A stretch of 64,000 nucleotides of DNA, from contig JAVJNR010000001.1 in assembly GCA_040217195.1 (NCBI GenBank), positions 102,690 to 166,689 on the forward strand, given 5' to 3'. How positions within the stretch are numbered: the first letter of the stretch is position 1; each line of letters begins with the position of its first letter. The stretch is from Leptospiraceae bacterium (lineage in GTDB: Bacteria > Spirochaetota > Leptospiria > Leptospirales > Leptonemataceae). Under the pieces are notes generated by a model, which had not been told where the DNA came from, did no database searches, and saw only the letters and a list, made by a program, of their open reading frames with translations. A program made the position numbers and the translations under genes. Shown here in pieces: positions 28,814-39,487 of the stretch.

Positions 28814-29698
28814 TCAGGAAAGGTTCAGAAATGAACCCCGGGCTATGGGTACGCTTTTTCCTGTCAGCTGAATGCGTTTTACTTCTCTATTTTCAACGCT
28901 AAATTCCAATTCTATGAGCGATGGGCGACCCATATCGTGCCCCTGATGAATTTCCCATGACAGAGTCCGGTTCGCTTTCGCCTCATCTTCAATTGCATTA
29001 TCATTTAGATAGCCGGCCAGGGCAGCAGCGGCACCACCTGTGGCCGGATCTTCGGGAATGCCCAGCGCTGGTGCGAACATTCTTGCATGTATTCTATATT
29101 CCTCTCTGAAAAATGGCATGATCTCCTGGGCCCAGTATCCCTGGAGAAATTCCTGAAACAACGCTAGATCCAACTTGGCCCGGCTCAGTGCGTCCCGGCT
29201 TGCAAGCTCCAGAAACAGTATTGGAGCGCCGCAGCTATAAGCTCCGGTTCGTAGTATTTCATCTTCTGCCAGATTCAAGGCTCTGGACAGGTTCTCCGGG
29301 GAAGGGGGTGGCGGTCCTTGCTCGGGCATTCTGGGGACCTGGAATGTAGCTTCCCAGACAGTGTGCTGCATTCTCACATCCATCCGGGCCAATCCCACAT
29401 TGAGCTGCGCAACAAAGGAATATGGATTTTCCGACTGCCTGGCGGCCAGAGCGCAGGCTGTGCCCACCACTGGATGGCCTGCAAAATCCAGCTCCCGAAC
29501 CGGAGTAAAGATTCTGAAACGAAAGTTAGCCGAAGAATCTTCAGCAGGAAGAACAAATACTGTTTCAGAAAGATTGATTTCACGGGCAATGGACTGATAG
29601 AGGGAGTCTGGAATTTCAGTTGCTGCCGGAAAGACAGCAAGCGGATTGCCTCCGAACTTCTTTTCCGTAAATACATCCAGGATTTCGTATTCGTACAT
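28814..29698 (-). CDS. PhzF-family epimerase/isomerase
   Basis: DVFT..FGGNPLAV, INLSETVF, RIFTP..ELDFAGHP, EDPATG, QGHDMGRPS. Confidence 0.92.
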   Translation of the reverse strand: MYEYEILDVFTEKKFGGNPLAVFPAATEIPDSLYQSIAREINLSETVFVLPAEDSSANFRFRIFTPVRELDFAGHPVVGTACALAARQSENPYSFVAQLNVGLARMDVRMQHTVWEATFQVPRMPEQGPPPPSPENLSRALNLAEDEILRTGAYSCGAPILFLELASRDALSRAKLDLALFQEFLQGYWAQEIMPFFREEYRIHARMFAPALGIPEDPATGGAAAALAGYLNDNAIEDEAKANRTLSWEIHQGHDMGRPSLIELEFSVENREVKRIQLTGKSVPIARGSFLNLS

Positions 29699-29825
29699 AT
29701 TGATCCAGGCCTCCTTCCAATGACCCATTAGGCAGCGCTGCGGTACAGGGTAATTCGATTTTTAAATGTCGGAAACCCTGAATGGTTTTTCTTATCTGGC
29801 AATCTGAAAAAGGAATTGCGGCACC

Positions 29826-31892
29826 ATGCTTGCGGGTCATGCTGCTCGGGTTCACAGAATGAATGTCTGCTATCGAAATATTTTCGCAATTCTCTTTGTC
29901 ACCGCCCTGGTTTCCTGTAGAGCGGATTTGCCGACCGAAGAAAATCAGTTGTTACCTGGAGATGGCGTTCGAGTGGAATCCACCTGGGAGTACCGCTGGG
30001 GGGATTCTCCCGTCGAGCAGGGCCAATTCGCATATCTAAAGCCTCATGAAGTTCCGGCTGTCGATCAGCCGAAAGGGGCCCGGTCCGGAGATCTGCCCGG
30101 AAGAAACTTTAAAACTGGTACAGAAGGCAGCTTACCCGGAAGGCCCCTGGATCCAGGGAACAAGGGCCGGGATGGTTGGAGCCCACTTCCTTTTCCCGAA
30201 CAACCACCGGGTCGCGGAGATCATGAATTCATCTGGCAGAGAGTACCGCTACCGAAAGGGCAATGGCGGGATCCGGCTCTGTACATATACAGTGTAGATC
30301 TAATTTTTGAAGCGTACGTGGATGGAAAACTGATCTATAAATATGGTAACCTGGATGCCACTGAACCCACCTTTGAGGGATGGCCTTTCCATATTATTCC
30401 TCTGCCCCAGGATCTGGAAGGGAAGTATCTGTATCTAAGAGTGTACTCCGACTATCCAGACATAGGAATCTATCACAGGGTTGTTCTGGATGATCGTGCG
30501 GATATCATTGAGTGGCTATTACTTTCGAATGTTGAGCTTCTTGCATTTGCCGGTGCTCTGATGGTGATTGGTGCATTTTCCTTTTTGCACTTTCTTCGCA
30601 CCCGTGAAAGCTGGACTCATCTTGCCTTTTCTCTTGTCTGTCTTACGGAAGGATACAGGGCTCTGGCGGACTCTCTGTATCCTCAATACATCTATGGAAA
30701 TATGCTACTCTGGCACTATACAAGCTGGATTGCACTGTTTATATTAATTCCTTCGGTTCTTGCATTCTTTCGCAGCATTTACACAGGCGTTGAGCGCCTG
30801 ATCATGACTTATCTATTCCGTGCACAGATTCTTATTTCTGCTATTTATCTAGTGTACATTTCTGTTGATTTGATTGGTGTATTTGCCTCTATTCCTTTTC
30901 GGATCTTCTCACTGTTATATCTTGCGACCATTGCAGGCCTGGAGATACGCCGGGCCCTGAGAGGAAACATTGATGCAAGGATCATCCTTGCAGGCTTCGC
31001 CATTTATGGAATCAATGCAACTCTTGTTATATTGATGGACATGGGCATACTGGAGGATTTGCGGCTAAACACTCATTACAGTTTGTTTGCATTCGTCTGT
31101 GCTCTGGGTCTTGTTGTAATTCGCCGGTATGGATTGATGCGCGAAGAAAATGTAAGGTTTTCTCTCGTAAATGAGGAACTGGAAACGGCCAGACGATTAC
31201 ATCAATCTCTATTACCTGCGGATCCACCGGACATTGATGGTCTGGAGCTATCCGTGGCCTACATTTCTCAGGCAAGTCTGGGAGGTGATTACTATGATTT
31301 TATTCGAATCGATAGTACCCAGGTAGGAGTGATGATTGCCGATGTTTCCGGCCATGGTCTTCCGGCTGCCCTGGGTGTATCCATGGCCAAGATAGCCTTT
31401 TCGGAGCACACAAGTCTGGCCGATCGTCCGGAGAGGTTGCTTGAGCTTACAAGAGTTTCCCTGGTGGACAAATTGCAGCGTCAGTTTATTACTGCAGGGG
31501 CCCTGTATGTGAATACCGAAGAAGGAATTTTTAGGTACGCCTCCGCCGGACATCCTCCCCTTGCATTTGTTTCCGGAGACCGATCCGAGGTGGATTGGAT
31601 TCGTCCCAGAGGACATCTAATGGCAGCCCTTCCGTTTAGAGGTTATCGAATGGTGGAGCGGCCTTTCATGCCAGGTGATCGCATCGTTTTATATACGGAT
31701 GGATTGAGCGAATGTCGCAATCCGGAGGGTGAGTTTTACAATGCCAGACGAATGGCAGAGGCCTTGAAAGAAGCTCCAAGGGGAGCCGAAGCCTGCAGCC
31801 ATTATTTGCTGGATGATATGACGCAATGGGCCCGGAGATCTGTGTTTGAAGACGATGTGGCCATTGTGATTGTAGAAAGACCGGCTGCTTGA
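29826..31892 (+). CDS. Membrane sensor (extracellular jelly-roll plus 7TM) with SpoIIE/PP2C phosphatase output; possible lipoprotein signal
   Basis: ALVSC lipobox-like; WEYRWGDSP, YVDGKLIY; GGDYYD, ADVSGHG, AGHPP, YTDGL, EDD. Confidence 0.88.
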   Translation: MLAGHAARVHRMNVCYRNIFAILFVTALVSCRADLPTEENQLLPGDGVRVESTWEYRWGDSPVEQGQFAYLKPHEVPAVDQPKGARSGDLPGRNFKTGTEGSLPGRPLDPGNKGRDGWSPLPFPEQPPGRGDHEFIWQRVPLPKGQWRDPALYIYSVDLIFEAYVDGKLIYKYGNLDATEPTFEGWPFHIIPLPQDLEGKYLYLRVYSDYPDIGIYHRVVLDDRADIIEWLLLSNVELLAFAGALMVIGAFSFLHFLRTRESWTHLAFSLVCLTEGYRALADSLYPQYIYGNMLLWHYTSWIALFILIPSVLAFFRSIYTGVERLIMTYLFRAQILISAIYLVYISVDLIGVFASIPFRIFSLLYLATIAGLEIRRALRGNIDARIILAGFAIYGINATLVILMDMGILEDLRLNTHYSLFAFVCALGLVVIRRYGLMREENVRFSLVNEELETARRLHQSLLPADPPDIDGLELSVAYISQASLGGDYYDFIRIDSTQVGVMIADVSGHGLPAALGVSMAKIAFSEHTSLADRPERLLELTRVSLVDKLQRQFITAGALYVNTEEGIFRYASAGHPPLAFVSGDRSEVDWIRPRGHLMAALPFRGYRMVERPFMPGDRIVLYTDGLSECRNPEGEFYNARRMAEALKEAPRGAEACSHYLLDDMTQWARRSVFEDDVAIVIVERPAA

Positions 31893-31939
31893 ATTCTAGA
31901 TCTGATTCGATGCTGCCGCAGCACTATAGAATACCTTTT

Positions 31940-33028
31940 TCAGGCAAAAATTCCAGGTAACTGAGCCATCCACTGAAAGCTCAGGGATCGACTGGCCAGT
32001 TGATTCACCGTTCCTGCAACATAAAGATCTCGATCCGGGCAGTGGAAGTTGATCGCCCCGGATGCACCGGAGTGGCCAATAAAAGCAGGCATGGGTCGCA
32101 AGCCTGTGAGAATGCGGGGCAGGGAAAATCGCATCAGGCCATACCCGTATTCAAATGGAAAAAAGATTCGATTCCAGTTTTGCATCCTTGTTAACATATC
32201 CGGGCTTACTAGCTGTCCGTTCATCAGTGCTCGCAGGATCTTAATTTGCTCTCGTGGATTGGATACCAGGGAACCATCTGTGCGAAAAGAAGCCATGGCT
32301 TCTGGAATTCTAAGCCAATCATTTTTGTAGAGGAAAAGAGCCGGTTCCGCTCGCTGATTATCGGAGTGGTCTCTTCCATAGAAATAGGTACTCTGTAGAT
32401 CCAGCGCAGAGAAAATTAGCTTATTGATGGCTATTTCCATGGATTCATCGGTTACAGACTTAATTATGGCACCCAGCAATTGATAGTTTGTATCCGAGTA
32501 ATGAGCCCTGTAAGATCCTTCCTGCGGCGAGGGGTCGAATGCTGGCCTCATTTGCCGCGTGCGATCCAGAACAAATTTTAGATCCCAGAAACGATCCTCT
32601 TCCAGCAGACTTCGCAACAGTGACTGGCTACCGGTGCCACCCTGCTCAAAATAATCTGGCAGGCCTGAAGTATGACCAAGAAGGTGATAGATTCTTATCT
32701 GCGAGGTACGATCCCGACCTTTCCTTTTATGTAGACCAGAAAGATCCATCCAGGGCAGATAATCCTGCATAGGATCTTCAATGTTCAGAGCCCCTTTTTC
32801 ATGCAGCATCAAGATGGCTACAGCTGTAACTATCTTGGTGGCGCTTGCGGTGAAATAGGTAGACTCCTGGGAAAGTGGAGGACCGTCCGGGGCCGTATTT
32901 CCGTAGACTCCTTTCCAGCAGAACTGTCCATCGCCTGACTCCAATCTTAAAGTAGCGCTCTGAATATGTTTATTGCGGACAGTCTTTTCAAATAGACGGT
33001 CCAGTTTCTCCATCTGGGCTTTTTGCAC
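31940..33028 (-). CDS. Serine hydrolase, beta-lactamase class C-like family
   Basis: ASATK (SxxK), HLLGHTSGL, YSDTNY, GHSG. Confidence 0.88.
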   Translation of the reverse strand: MQKAQMEKLDRLFEKTVRNKHIQSATLRLESGDGQFCWKGVYGNTAPDGPPLSQESTYFTASATKIVTAVAILMLHEKGALNIEDPMQDYLPWMDLSGLHKRKGRDRTSQIRIYHLLGHTSGLPDYFEQGGTGSQSLLRSLLEEDRFWDLKFVLDRTRQMRPAFDPSPQEGSYRAHYSDTNYQLLGAIIKSVTDESMEIAINKLIFSALDLQSTYFYGRDHSDNQRAEPALFLYKNDWLRIPEAMASFRTDGSLVSNPREQIKILRALMNGQLVSPDMLTRMQNWNRIFFPFEYGYGLMRFSLPRILTGLRPMPAFIGHSGASGAINFHCPDRDLYVAGTVNQLASRSLSFQWMAQLPGIFA

Positions 33029-33042
33029 GGATCACTCCCGGA

Positions 33043-34233
33043 TCATTCTATCATTTCAATTTTGCTGGCTGCACTGGATGCACGGTCTCTGGCTTCCTGA
33101 ATGGTGCTTCCTCGGGCCAGGACTACACCCAGTCTACGGTGACCATGGATTTCCGGTTTGCCAAAAAGACGCAGCTGCACATCCTGATCGGCCAGTGCTT
33201 TGTCCAGACCAGTAAACTTTGGCTTTGTGCTCTGTCCTTCAAATACCAGTGCATGGCTGGCGCAGGCTCCCAGTTGACGAATCCCGGGTACTGGTAGGTC
33301 CAGTATAGCCCGTGCATGGAGTGCGAATTCGCTCAAATCTTGACTGAGTAGAGTCACCAGGCCGGTATCATGGGGACGGGGACTCACTTCGCTAAACCAT
33401 ACATCGTCGCCCTTAATAAACAGCTCAACGCCAAAGATTCCCTGGCCGCCCAGGTTATCGGTAATGGATCTGGCTATAGTCCTGGATCTCTCCAGGGCTG
33501 TGTCGCTCATGGGGTGGGGTTGCCAGCTTTCTCTGTAATCGCCATCTACCTGCCTATGACCTACCGGGCTGCAAAAGGAGGTGCCGCCTTTATGACGTAC
33601 GGTAAGCAAGGTAATTTCATAATCAAAATCTATGAATCCTTCAATAATCACTCTGCCTTTTCCTGCTCTTCCTCCCTGTTGCGCATAATCAAAGGCCTCA
33701 TCCACAGCTTCTGGACCATCGCTTTGCCGCACCAGACTCTGGCCTTTTCCCGAACTACTCATTACCGGTTTGACCAGAAAAGGGAATCCTATGTCCTGCA
33801 CCGCTTTTCTGAACTGCTCCAGAGTATCTGCAAAGCGATAGGGGGAGGTGGGTAGCTTCAGTTCTTCTGCGGCCAGCTTTCGAATTCCCTCTCGATCCAT
33901 GGTTAATCGAGCCGCCCTGGCAGTAGGTATGATGGGAAAGCCTTCCCGTTCCAGCTTCAGAAGTTCCTCGGTTGCAATGGCTTCTATTTCAGGTACAACG
34001 TAATGGGGCTTTTCTTTTTCGATTACGCTTCTTAGAGCAAAGCCATCCAGCATGTCTATGACATGACTTCGATGGGCTACCTGCATTCCAGGAGCATTTG
34101 CATAACGGTCCACTGCAATGACTTCCACTCCCAGTCTCTGGAGTTCTATGATTACTTCTTTGGCCAGTTCTCCTGCTCCGCAAAAGAGCACTCTTGTGGC
34201 GGATGGAGATAAAGGGGTTCCGATGGCTGTCAT
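33043..34233 (-). CDS. purT: Formate-dependent phosphoribosylglycinamide formyltransferase
   Basis: [56 protein letters not shown]. Confidence 0.97.
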   Translation of the reverse strand: MTAIGTPLSPSATRVLFCGAGELAKEVIIELQRLGVEVIAVDRYANAPGMQVAHRSHVIDMLDGFALRSVIEKEKPHYVVPEIEAIATEELLKLEREGFPIIPTARAARLTMDREGIRKLAAEELKLPTSPYRFADTLEQFRKAVQDIGFPFLVKPVMSSSGKGQSLVRQSDGPEAVDEAFDYAQQGGRAGKGRVIIEGFIDFDYEITLLTVRHKGGTSFCSPVGHRQVDGDYRESWQPHPMSDTALERSRTIARSITDNLGGQGIFGVELFIKGDDVWFSEVSPRPHDTGLVTLLSQDLSEFALHARAILDLPVPGIRQLGACASHALVFEGQSTKPKFTGLDKALADQDVQLRLFGKPEIHGHRRLGVVLARGSTIQEARDRASSAASKIEMIE

Positions 34234-34359
34234 GAGTAGCAAAGGCCGTTGTTTTACTGGATGGGCAAGGAATTTTATGGGACGGTTGCTAAAAGACTAT
34301 CTTTGAGACGCATTGATGATTCACTAGTCTGCGATTGAATTATTCGAACTGGAAAGAAG

Positions 34360-34803
34360 ATGATATTTGGTATAGCTGCATTGTTTCTACTTATAGGTCT
34401 GGGAGCCGTAATTGCATCCATGAAGCAGCTGTACCGCAGAAAGGAATTACTGGGTTGGCCGGAGGTGCAGGCCAGAATTATCGAACGAGATGTAAGGTCC
34501 ACCGGGCGACCCGGGGGCGGTCCGCCTGCCTTTAGAAAGGAAGCTAGCCTTCGCTTTCAGGAACTCCAGACAGAGGTAGAATCCATATCAATTTTTCCAG
34601 AATCGCCAATCTCAGATGAGCGTACCATCGAGAATTGGATGAACCGATTTCCGGATGAAGTGCCGGTGCGCAAGAATCCTTCCAATCCAGGGGAACTGGT
34701 CTTATTGCATGGAAAGCCTACTTTGATTTATGCAATGCTGACGGTCGGTGCACTGGCATTGATTATAGGGTTGAGCATCGTCATTATCGCTCTATTTGCC
34801 TGA
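34360..34803 (+). CDS. Hypothetical membrane protein (DUF3592-like: TM, WP.V.A.I, VPVR.NP.NP, TM)
   Basis: 147 aa with N- and C-terminal TM helices. Confidence 0.6.
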   Translation: MIFGIAALFLLIGLGAVIASMKQLYRRKELLGWPEVQARIIERDVRSTGRPGGGPPAFRKEASLRFQELQTEVESISIFPESPISDERTIENWMNRFPDEVPVRKNPSNPGELVLLHGKPTLIYAMLTVGALALIIGLSIVIIALFA

Positions 34804-34880
34804 TCGGTGGATGTTCCCTTCCGGAGCATTTCGGGCAGTCCGGGTTTTTGGTTTTGTGCCTTCTGGGTCGAGCAATCAAA

Positions 34881-35195
34881 CTACTGTAAATTCAGATCCC
34901 GGATGGACGGACAGGCGTCCGGATTTCCATGATCCTGAATGCAACTATTTAAACAGATTTCAATTTCATTGGAACCATGCTGCGGCGGATATCTATGATT
35001 GCATTCATCGAAGCACTTTTCCAGCGAATCGCAGTATTCCGGTGCTCCAGCTTCCTTGCCTGTATTGCAGGTAAGCATGACTGAGGCAAATAATAAGGCT
35101 GCCAGAAATGCAATAAGCGATGCTCTGAGCCTAACTGCAAAGGAAGCTGTCATTGGAATGGTGTTGCTTTTGCGGTTTTTCATAGTTAGATCCAT
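34881..35195 (-). CDS. Small Cys-rich putative lipoprotein
   Basis: Hydrophobic signal ending MLTC, then six more Cys (C..C..C..CLNSC..C). Confidence 0.55.
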   Translation of the reverse strand: MDLTMKNRKSNTIPMTASFAVRLRASLIAFLAALLFASVMLTCNTGKEAGAPEYCDSLEKCFDECNHRYPPQHGSNEIEICLNSCIQDHGNPDACPSIRDLNLQ

Positions 35196-35249
35196 TCAGT
35201 CAATGTGCCGCCCTGCAAAGTAAAATCCAGGTCTGTTTCAGATTTGCTG

Positions 35250-36209
35250 CTAAATTTCCAGTTCCAGGCCTTCGTAGGCAATCTTGATTTCCAGCTCGGA
35301 TGTATTATCCACATCCATCATTTCCCGATATCGAAGGGCCCTCAGAAATACCTCATCCAGCTTTTCGTCCGAGTAAGATGGGTCATGATGAAAGAGAATC
35401 AGCTTTTTTACTCCGGCTCGCATGGCAATGTCGGTGGCAATGGAGGCTGAGCTATGCCCCCAGTCAATTTTCTGTAGTTGCTCTTCGAAGGTGTACTGTG
35501 TATCAAAAATCAATACATCCGCTCCCTGAAAATACTCCAGGTAGGATTCTACATCGTCCATATCATCCGAACGAAATTCTGCATCGCTACCAAAAATCAG
35601 CACCTTTCCATCTTCTTCCAGTCTGTAGGAGTAGGAACCGCCAGGATGCTTCATTCCTTTGGTGCTAATGTTTAGTCCGTGCAGAGACCAGCTTTCACCT
35701 TCTTCGTGCTGATAGAATTTCTTGGTGGCATCCATAGCATCGAAGGCTACTGGAAAGTGTCTTTCATTATGTTGATATCTAAGACGTTGCTCGATCGCAT
35801 CGCTTATGGCATGAATATGAAATTCATTTCCTTCGATGAAGAAAGGAATAAAGAATGGTAATCCTTGAATATGATCCCAGTGCGTATGAGTGAACAGAAT
35901 GTTGGCTTTACCATTGCCTTCCAGGTAGCCTTCGCTGAGCAATTTAACGCCCAGTTCGCGTAAGCCAGTGCCTGCATCCACAATGATTAAATCATCGTTC
36001 TTGGTACGGATTTCCAGACAGGTTGTGTTGCCGCCATAGGTATGGCTTAGAGAAAAGGGCAATGAATCGATGAATCTATCCACGGAAGGTTCATCGATTA
36101 CATCCGAAGGAGTGGCATAGGTCAGAATCCGTTTTAGCTTATCCCTAAAGGTAGGGCCCTTAACCGGAGTGGCTATGGATCCTCGGACGCCCCAGAACTT
36201 CACCTTCAT
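35250..36209 (-). CDS. MBL-fold metallo-hydrolase (phosphodiesterase-like)
   Basis: FWGVRGS, YGGNTTC, DAGTG, THTHWDHIQG, WGHSS, FHHDP. Confidence 0.9.
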   Translation of the reverse strand: MKVKFWGVRGSIATPVKGPTFRDKLKRILTYATPSDVIDEPSVDRFIDSLPFSLSHTYGGNTTCLEIRTKNDDLIIVDAGTGLRELGVKLLSEGYLEGNGKANILFTHTHWDHIQGLPFFIPFFIEGNEFHIHAISDAIEQRLRYQHNERHFPVAFDAMDATKKFYQHEEGESWSLHGLNISTKGMKHPGGSYSYRLEEDGKVLIFGSDAEFRSDDMDDVESYLEYFQGADVLIFDTQYTFEEQLQKIDWGHSSASIATDIAMRAGVKKLILFHHDPSYSDEKLDEVFLRALRYREMMDVDNTSELEIKIAYEGLELEI

Positions 36210-36387
36210 GGGCACAGGATTGCCCATCCCCATACTCCGTAAACCGATTTCCCCGCTATCCGGCCCGGTGGTACCGGCGACCTGGCTAGATTTTTTGATC
36301 ATCTACTCCCGGGGAGCTGGTGGAATTGCCGCATCCAGGAAACCTGAATCCTGCCTGGCAGAAACCTCAGTCTATTTTACATATAGA

Positions 36388-36945
36388 TTATTTCTTTTCC
36401 ACAAGGTTTTGAACCACTCCCTCGAGCTGGGCCAGCTTCTTTTCATCAATGGTGTTTCGATCCACCAGGGAATTTTGAAAAACGATTGTATGCTCCTGCT
36501 CTCCGCTTTCATTGAAGCTCACATACATATTTTGACTGAATATATAGTAAGCCAGAGCTATCAATATTCCACCTACATAGATTATCCCGGAGTAATACCA
36601 GGCCAGGCCAATCCAGGAACCAATGGAGAAAAAAATTCCTGCAATGATCAGAGCGGCAAGCCAGGGTTTTTTAAATCCATAGCTTGCAGATGTTACGTCC
36701 GCAATGCTTACATAGGTTCTGGTAAAACCTGTGGCGTTGGATTCTTCCACTATGATATTTTTGGAATCGATGGTTAGTCCACAACTGGATTCAATCATGA
36801 ACATTCGAAGAAGATAATAGATTGGTCCCGCAGGTCTACCCTGTATGTCCACCAATGGGGAGCGGGAGCTTCGCTTACTTCCGGTAACCTTCCAGTTTTT
36901 TGCAACCATGTTAAGACCAGTAAATGCAGATTTCACAGAATTCAT
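36388..36945 (-). CDS. Hypothetical membrane protein (2 TM)
   Basis: 185 aa ORF with GAGGAG RBS and two hydrophobic helices. Confidence 0.65.
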   Translation of the reverse strand: MNSVKSAFTGLNMVAKNWKVTGSKRSSRSPLVDIQGRPAGPIYYLLRMFMIESSCGLTIDSKNIIVEESNATGFTRTYVSIADVTSASYGFKKPWLAALIIAGIFFSIGSWIGLAWYYSGIIYVGGILIALAYYIFSQNMYVSFNESGEQEHTIVFQNSLVDRNTIDEKKLAQLEGVVQNLVEKK

Positions 36946-36984
36946 ATTTTCTCCTCTGGATTGTTCACGATGGGATTGGAATAT

Positions 36985-37476
36985 CTATTTCAGGAACCGA
37001 AAGGAAAGCGGGTATGGGATTTTTTCTCCAGAATGAGCCCGGCCAGAGGCTATCACTGAAACGATGAGACTGTAGAACAGGATGGGAGTCGTTATGGCCC
37101 ATAATAAATAAGCCACAGGCCATATTTCGGTAATGAATACTGCCAGTACCGAAGCGATGGAGGCAGGGGCCATACAAAGCAACACAGTTAATTGAAAGTT
37201 AAGAGCTTCTTTGTAATGAAATGCGGGCAGGGCAGAATTGCTTGCTGGTTGGGCCATGCGTCGCAGAACAATAACGCCAATTCCTGGTAGAAGGATAAGC
37301 ATATGGTATATCATTGCCAGCACTTCTGGCTTCAAGGACCGTAATCCGGATGACCGAGAAGTCCGGGAGCCGGTTTTTCGTCTGGCCACTTTGCTGGAAC
37401 TGCCCTTTTTCTTACTCACTCTGGAAGCCCTTCCAGTGGTTCCGGATTTTGATTTTTTTTTGCTGCTTCTGGCCAT
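36985..37476 (-). CDS. DUF4870-like membrane protein with a very basic N-terminal tail
   Basis: HYKEALNFQLT and A..G...YPLSFRFLK motifs. Confidence 0.75.
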   Translation of the reverse strand: MARSSKKKSKSGTTGRASRVSKKKGSSSKVARRKTGSRTSRSSGLRSLKPEVLAMIYHMLILLPGIGVIVLRRMAQPASNSALPAFHYKEALNFQLTVLLCMAPASIASVLAVFITEIWPVAYLLWAITTPILFYSLIVSVIASGRAHSGEKIPYPLSFRFLK

Positions 37477-37759
37477 AGAAAATCTTCGGATGTTCAGCGT
37501 TGGGTCGAGGGGCCATCCGGATTTCCGAGCATAGGAGCTTTCAAGAAAAATCCAGGGAATGCCACATCCGGAGAGGTAGATTGGAATGCAATTTTCTATG
37601 AAGAGTCAATAATAAATTGTCTTTAATTTGCGACCCGTCCGGCACAGAAGCGGCTAGCGGGCCCGGCCATAGGCCCATGCCCGGCAGTAATGGCATCCTT
37701 TGTTCTTCGGGCCGATTGTGCAGGGCCCCTTTATGTGCCGTTTTTGAGACTGTCCGGCC

Positions 37760-38143
37760 TCAGGATCTTACCGGCTGGCCCAGGTAAGGCTGTAGTAGCT
37801 CTAGAGTATTTCGGGCTCTCAGATAATCCTTTCCAAACCCTTTTTCTGCTCCCAGAGACATGGCCTCTTTCTGCGCATCGGGAAGGTTGGATACAAGCAT
37901 GACCGGTACATCCCGGGTTTTCTCGTTGGCTTTCATCATCTTTACAAGCTCAGTTCCATCGGTGTAATCCTGATCAATCTTTCGATTCACCAGCACCAGA
38001 TCAAAGCTTTCGGATTCCAGTTTTTCCATGGCCTGGGAGGGCAGTGCCACGCGGTGCATCTCAGCTCCAAAGGACTCTACCAGGCCACGAAGGGCCATAT
38101 GATCCGGATTACATTGACCTACATCCAGTACGCGTTTCTTCAT
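37760..38143 (-). CDS. Stand-alone atypical receiver-domain protein
   Basis: CheY-like layout: RVLDV, FDLVLVN, DGTELVK, PVMLVS, A..LGA..GFGK. Confidence 0.75.
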   Translation of the reverse strand: MKKRVLDVGQCNPDHMALRGLVESFGAEMHRVALPSQAMEKLESESFDLVLVNRKIDQDYTDGTELVKMMKANEKTRDVPVMLVSNLPDAQKEAMSLGAEKGFGKDYLRARNTLELLQPYLGQPVRS

Positions 38144-38296
38144 TATCGATCCTTTCCAGTTATCCTTGCCAGGTTATCTCAAGTTAAACCAAATAGAAAA
38201 GCCCCGCCGGGGCAATCCTTTCTGGCCGCGGATTTCTCTGGCATTTGTATTATGTAATTCAGTTGAACTGGCAATTCGGTTACAGGAACTGGCATC

Positions 38297-39391
38297 ATGT
38301 CCCTTCGCTGCGGTATTGTTGGTCTTCCCAATGTGGGTAAATCCACTATCTTTAATGCTATTACAAAGGCTGGAGCTCAATCCGCCAACTATCCATTCTG
38401 TACAATCGAGCCCAATGTAGGCCGGGTGGATGTGCCGGATCCCAGGCTGGAGAAGATCACCGAACTGGTGAAGCCCAGGCAAAAGGTTCCTGCCAGTATG
38501 GAATATGTAGATATTGCCGGTCTGGTGGAAGGAGCCCATAAAGGGGAGGGTCTGGGAAATAAGTTCCTGTCCCATATCCGGGAAACCAATGCAATCTGCC
38601 ATGTAGTCCGTTGCTTTGAAGACGATGACATTGTTCACGTTCGCGGTAGAGTACATCCCATCGAAGATATAAAGATCATAGATCTGGAATTGATCCTGGC
38701 CGATATGGACTCCCTGGAAAAGCAGCTGGATAAGTTGCAAAAGAAAGCCAAATCCGGAGACAAAGAAGCTACCAGAAGGCTGGAGGTAGGTAAAAAGATT
38801 CTCGATACCCTGGAACAGGAAAAGCCGGCCCGCGCCGTGGAGTTGGATGCCGATGCGCAGAAGATTGCCGCGGAGTTTTACCTGCTGACCATTCGTCCTG
38901 TACTGTATGTAATGAATACCGATGAAGATGCACTTTCAGCGGGAAACGAATGGACCAGAGATGTGGAAGAATACGCAGCCAGCGAAAATGCAGCCGCCGT
39001 TCGTCTATGCGGCAAGATAGAAGAAGAGCTGGGCGGTCTGAGCGAAGAGGAACAAAAGGAATATCTGCAAAGCCTGGGCATGGAAGAGCCAGGTCTGAAT
39101 CGGATGATCCGTGCATCCTACTCCCTTCTGGGACTGATAACCTTCTTTACTGCCGGAGAGCAAGAAGTTCGTGCCTGGACCACTTCCAGTGGAAGCACAG
39201 CGCCGGTGGCAGCCGGGGAAATCCACTCAGATATTGAAAAGGGATTTATCCGTGCGGAGGTTACCTCCTATGATGATCTGGAAAAATTCGGATCCATGAA
39301 TGGAGCCAAAGAAGCGGGCAAGATGCGACTGGAAGGTAAGGAATATATTGTCCAGGATGGAGATATCTGCTATTTTCGTTTTAATGTTTAA
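38297..39391 (+). CDS. ychF: Redox-regulated ATPase YchF
   Basis: [52 protein letters not shown]. Confidence 0.98.
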   Translation: MSLRCGIVGLPNVGKSTIFNAITKAGAQSANYPFCTIEPNVGRVDVPDPRLEKITELVKPRQKVPASMEYVDIAGLVEGAHKGEGLGNKFLSHIRETNAICHVVRCFEDDDIVHVRGRVHPIEDIKIIDLELILADMDSLEKQLDKLQKKAKSGDKEATRRLEVGKKILDTLEQEKPARAVELDADAQKIAAEFYLLTIRPVLYVMNTDEDALSAGNEWTRDVEEYAASENAAAVRLCGKIEEELGGLSEEEQKEYLQSLGMEEPGLNRMIRASYSLLGLITFFTAGEQEVRAWTTSSGSTAPVAAGEIHSDIEKGFIRAEVTSYDDLEKFGSMNGAKEAGKMRLEGKEYIVQDGDICYFRFNV

Positions 39392-39487
39392 ATGGATTCC
39401 GGCCACCAGCTGCGATCTATCCACAGAATCTATGAAATATCAGAGACCCTCATTTTACCTCTGAAATGATTCTCTGAAATCAAAGTT

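Noticed and set aside
31940..33028. Antibiotic-resistance beta-lactamase
   Set aside because: No signal peptide; motifs fit the broad cytoplasmic serine hydrolase family
38174..38740. 188-aa antisense ORF over ychF, and similar shadow ORFs over the coiled-coil gene, GDH, 61812-62522 and 62398-63216
   Set aside because: Typical antisense open frames caused by codon bias in the real genes; no motifs or RBS
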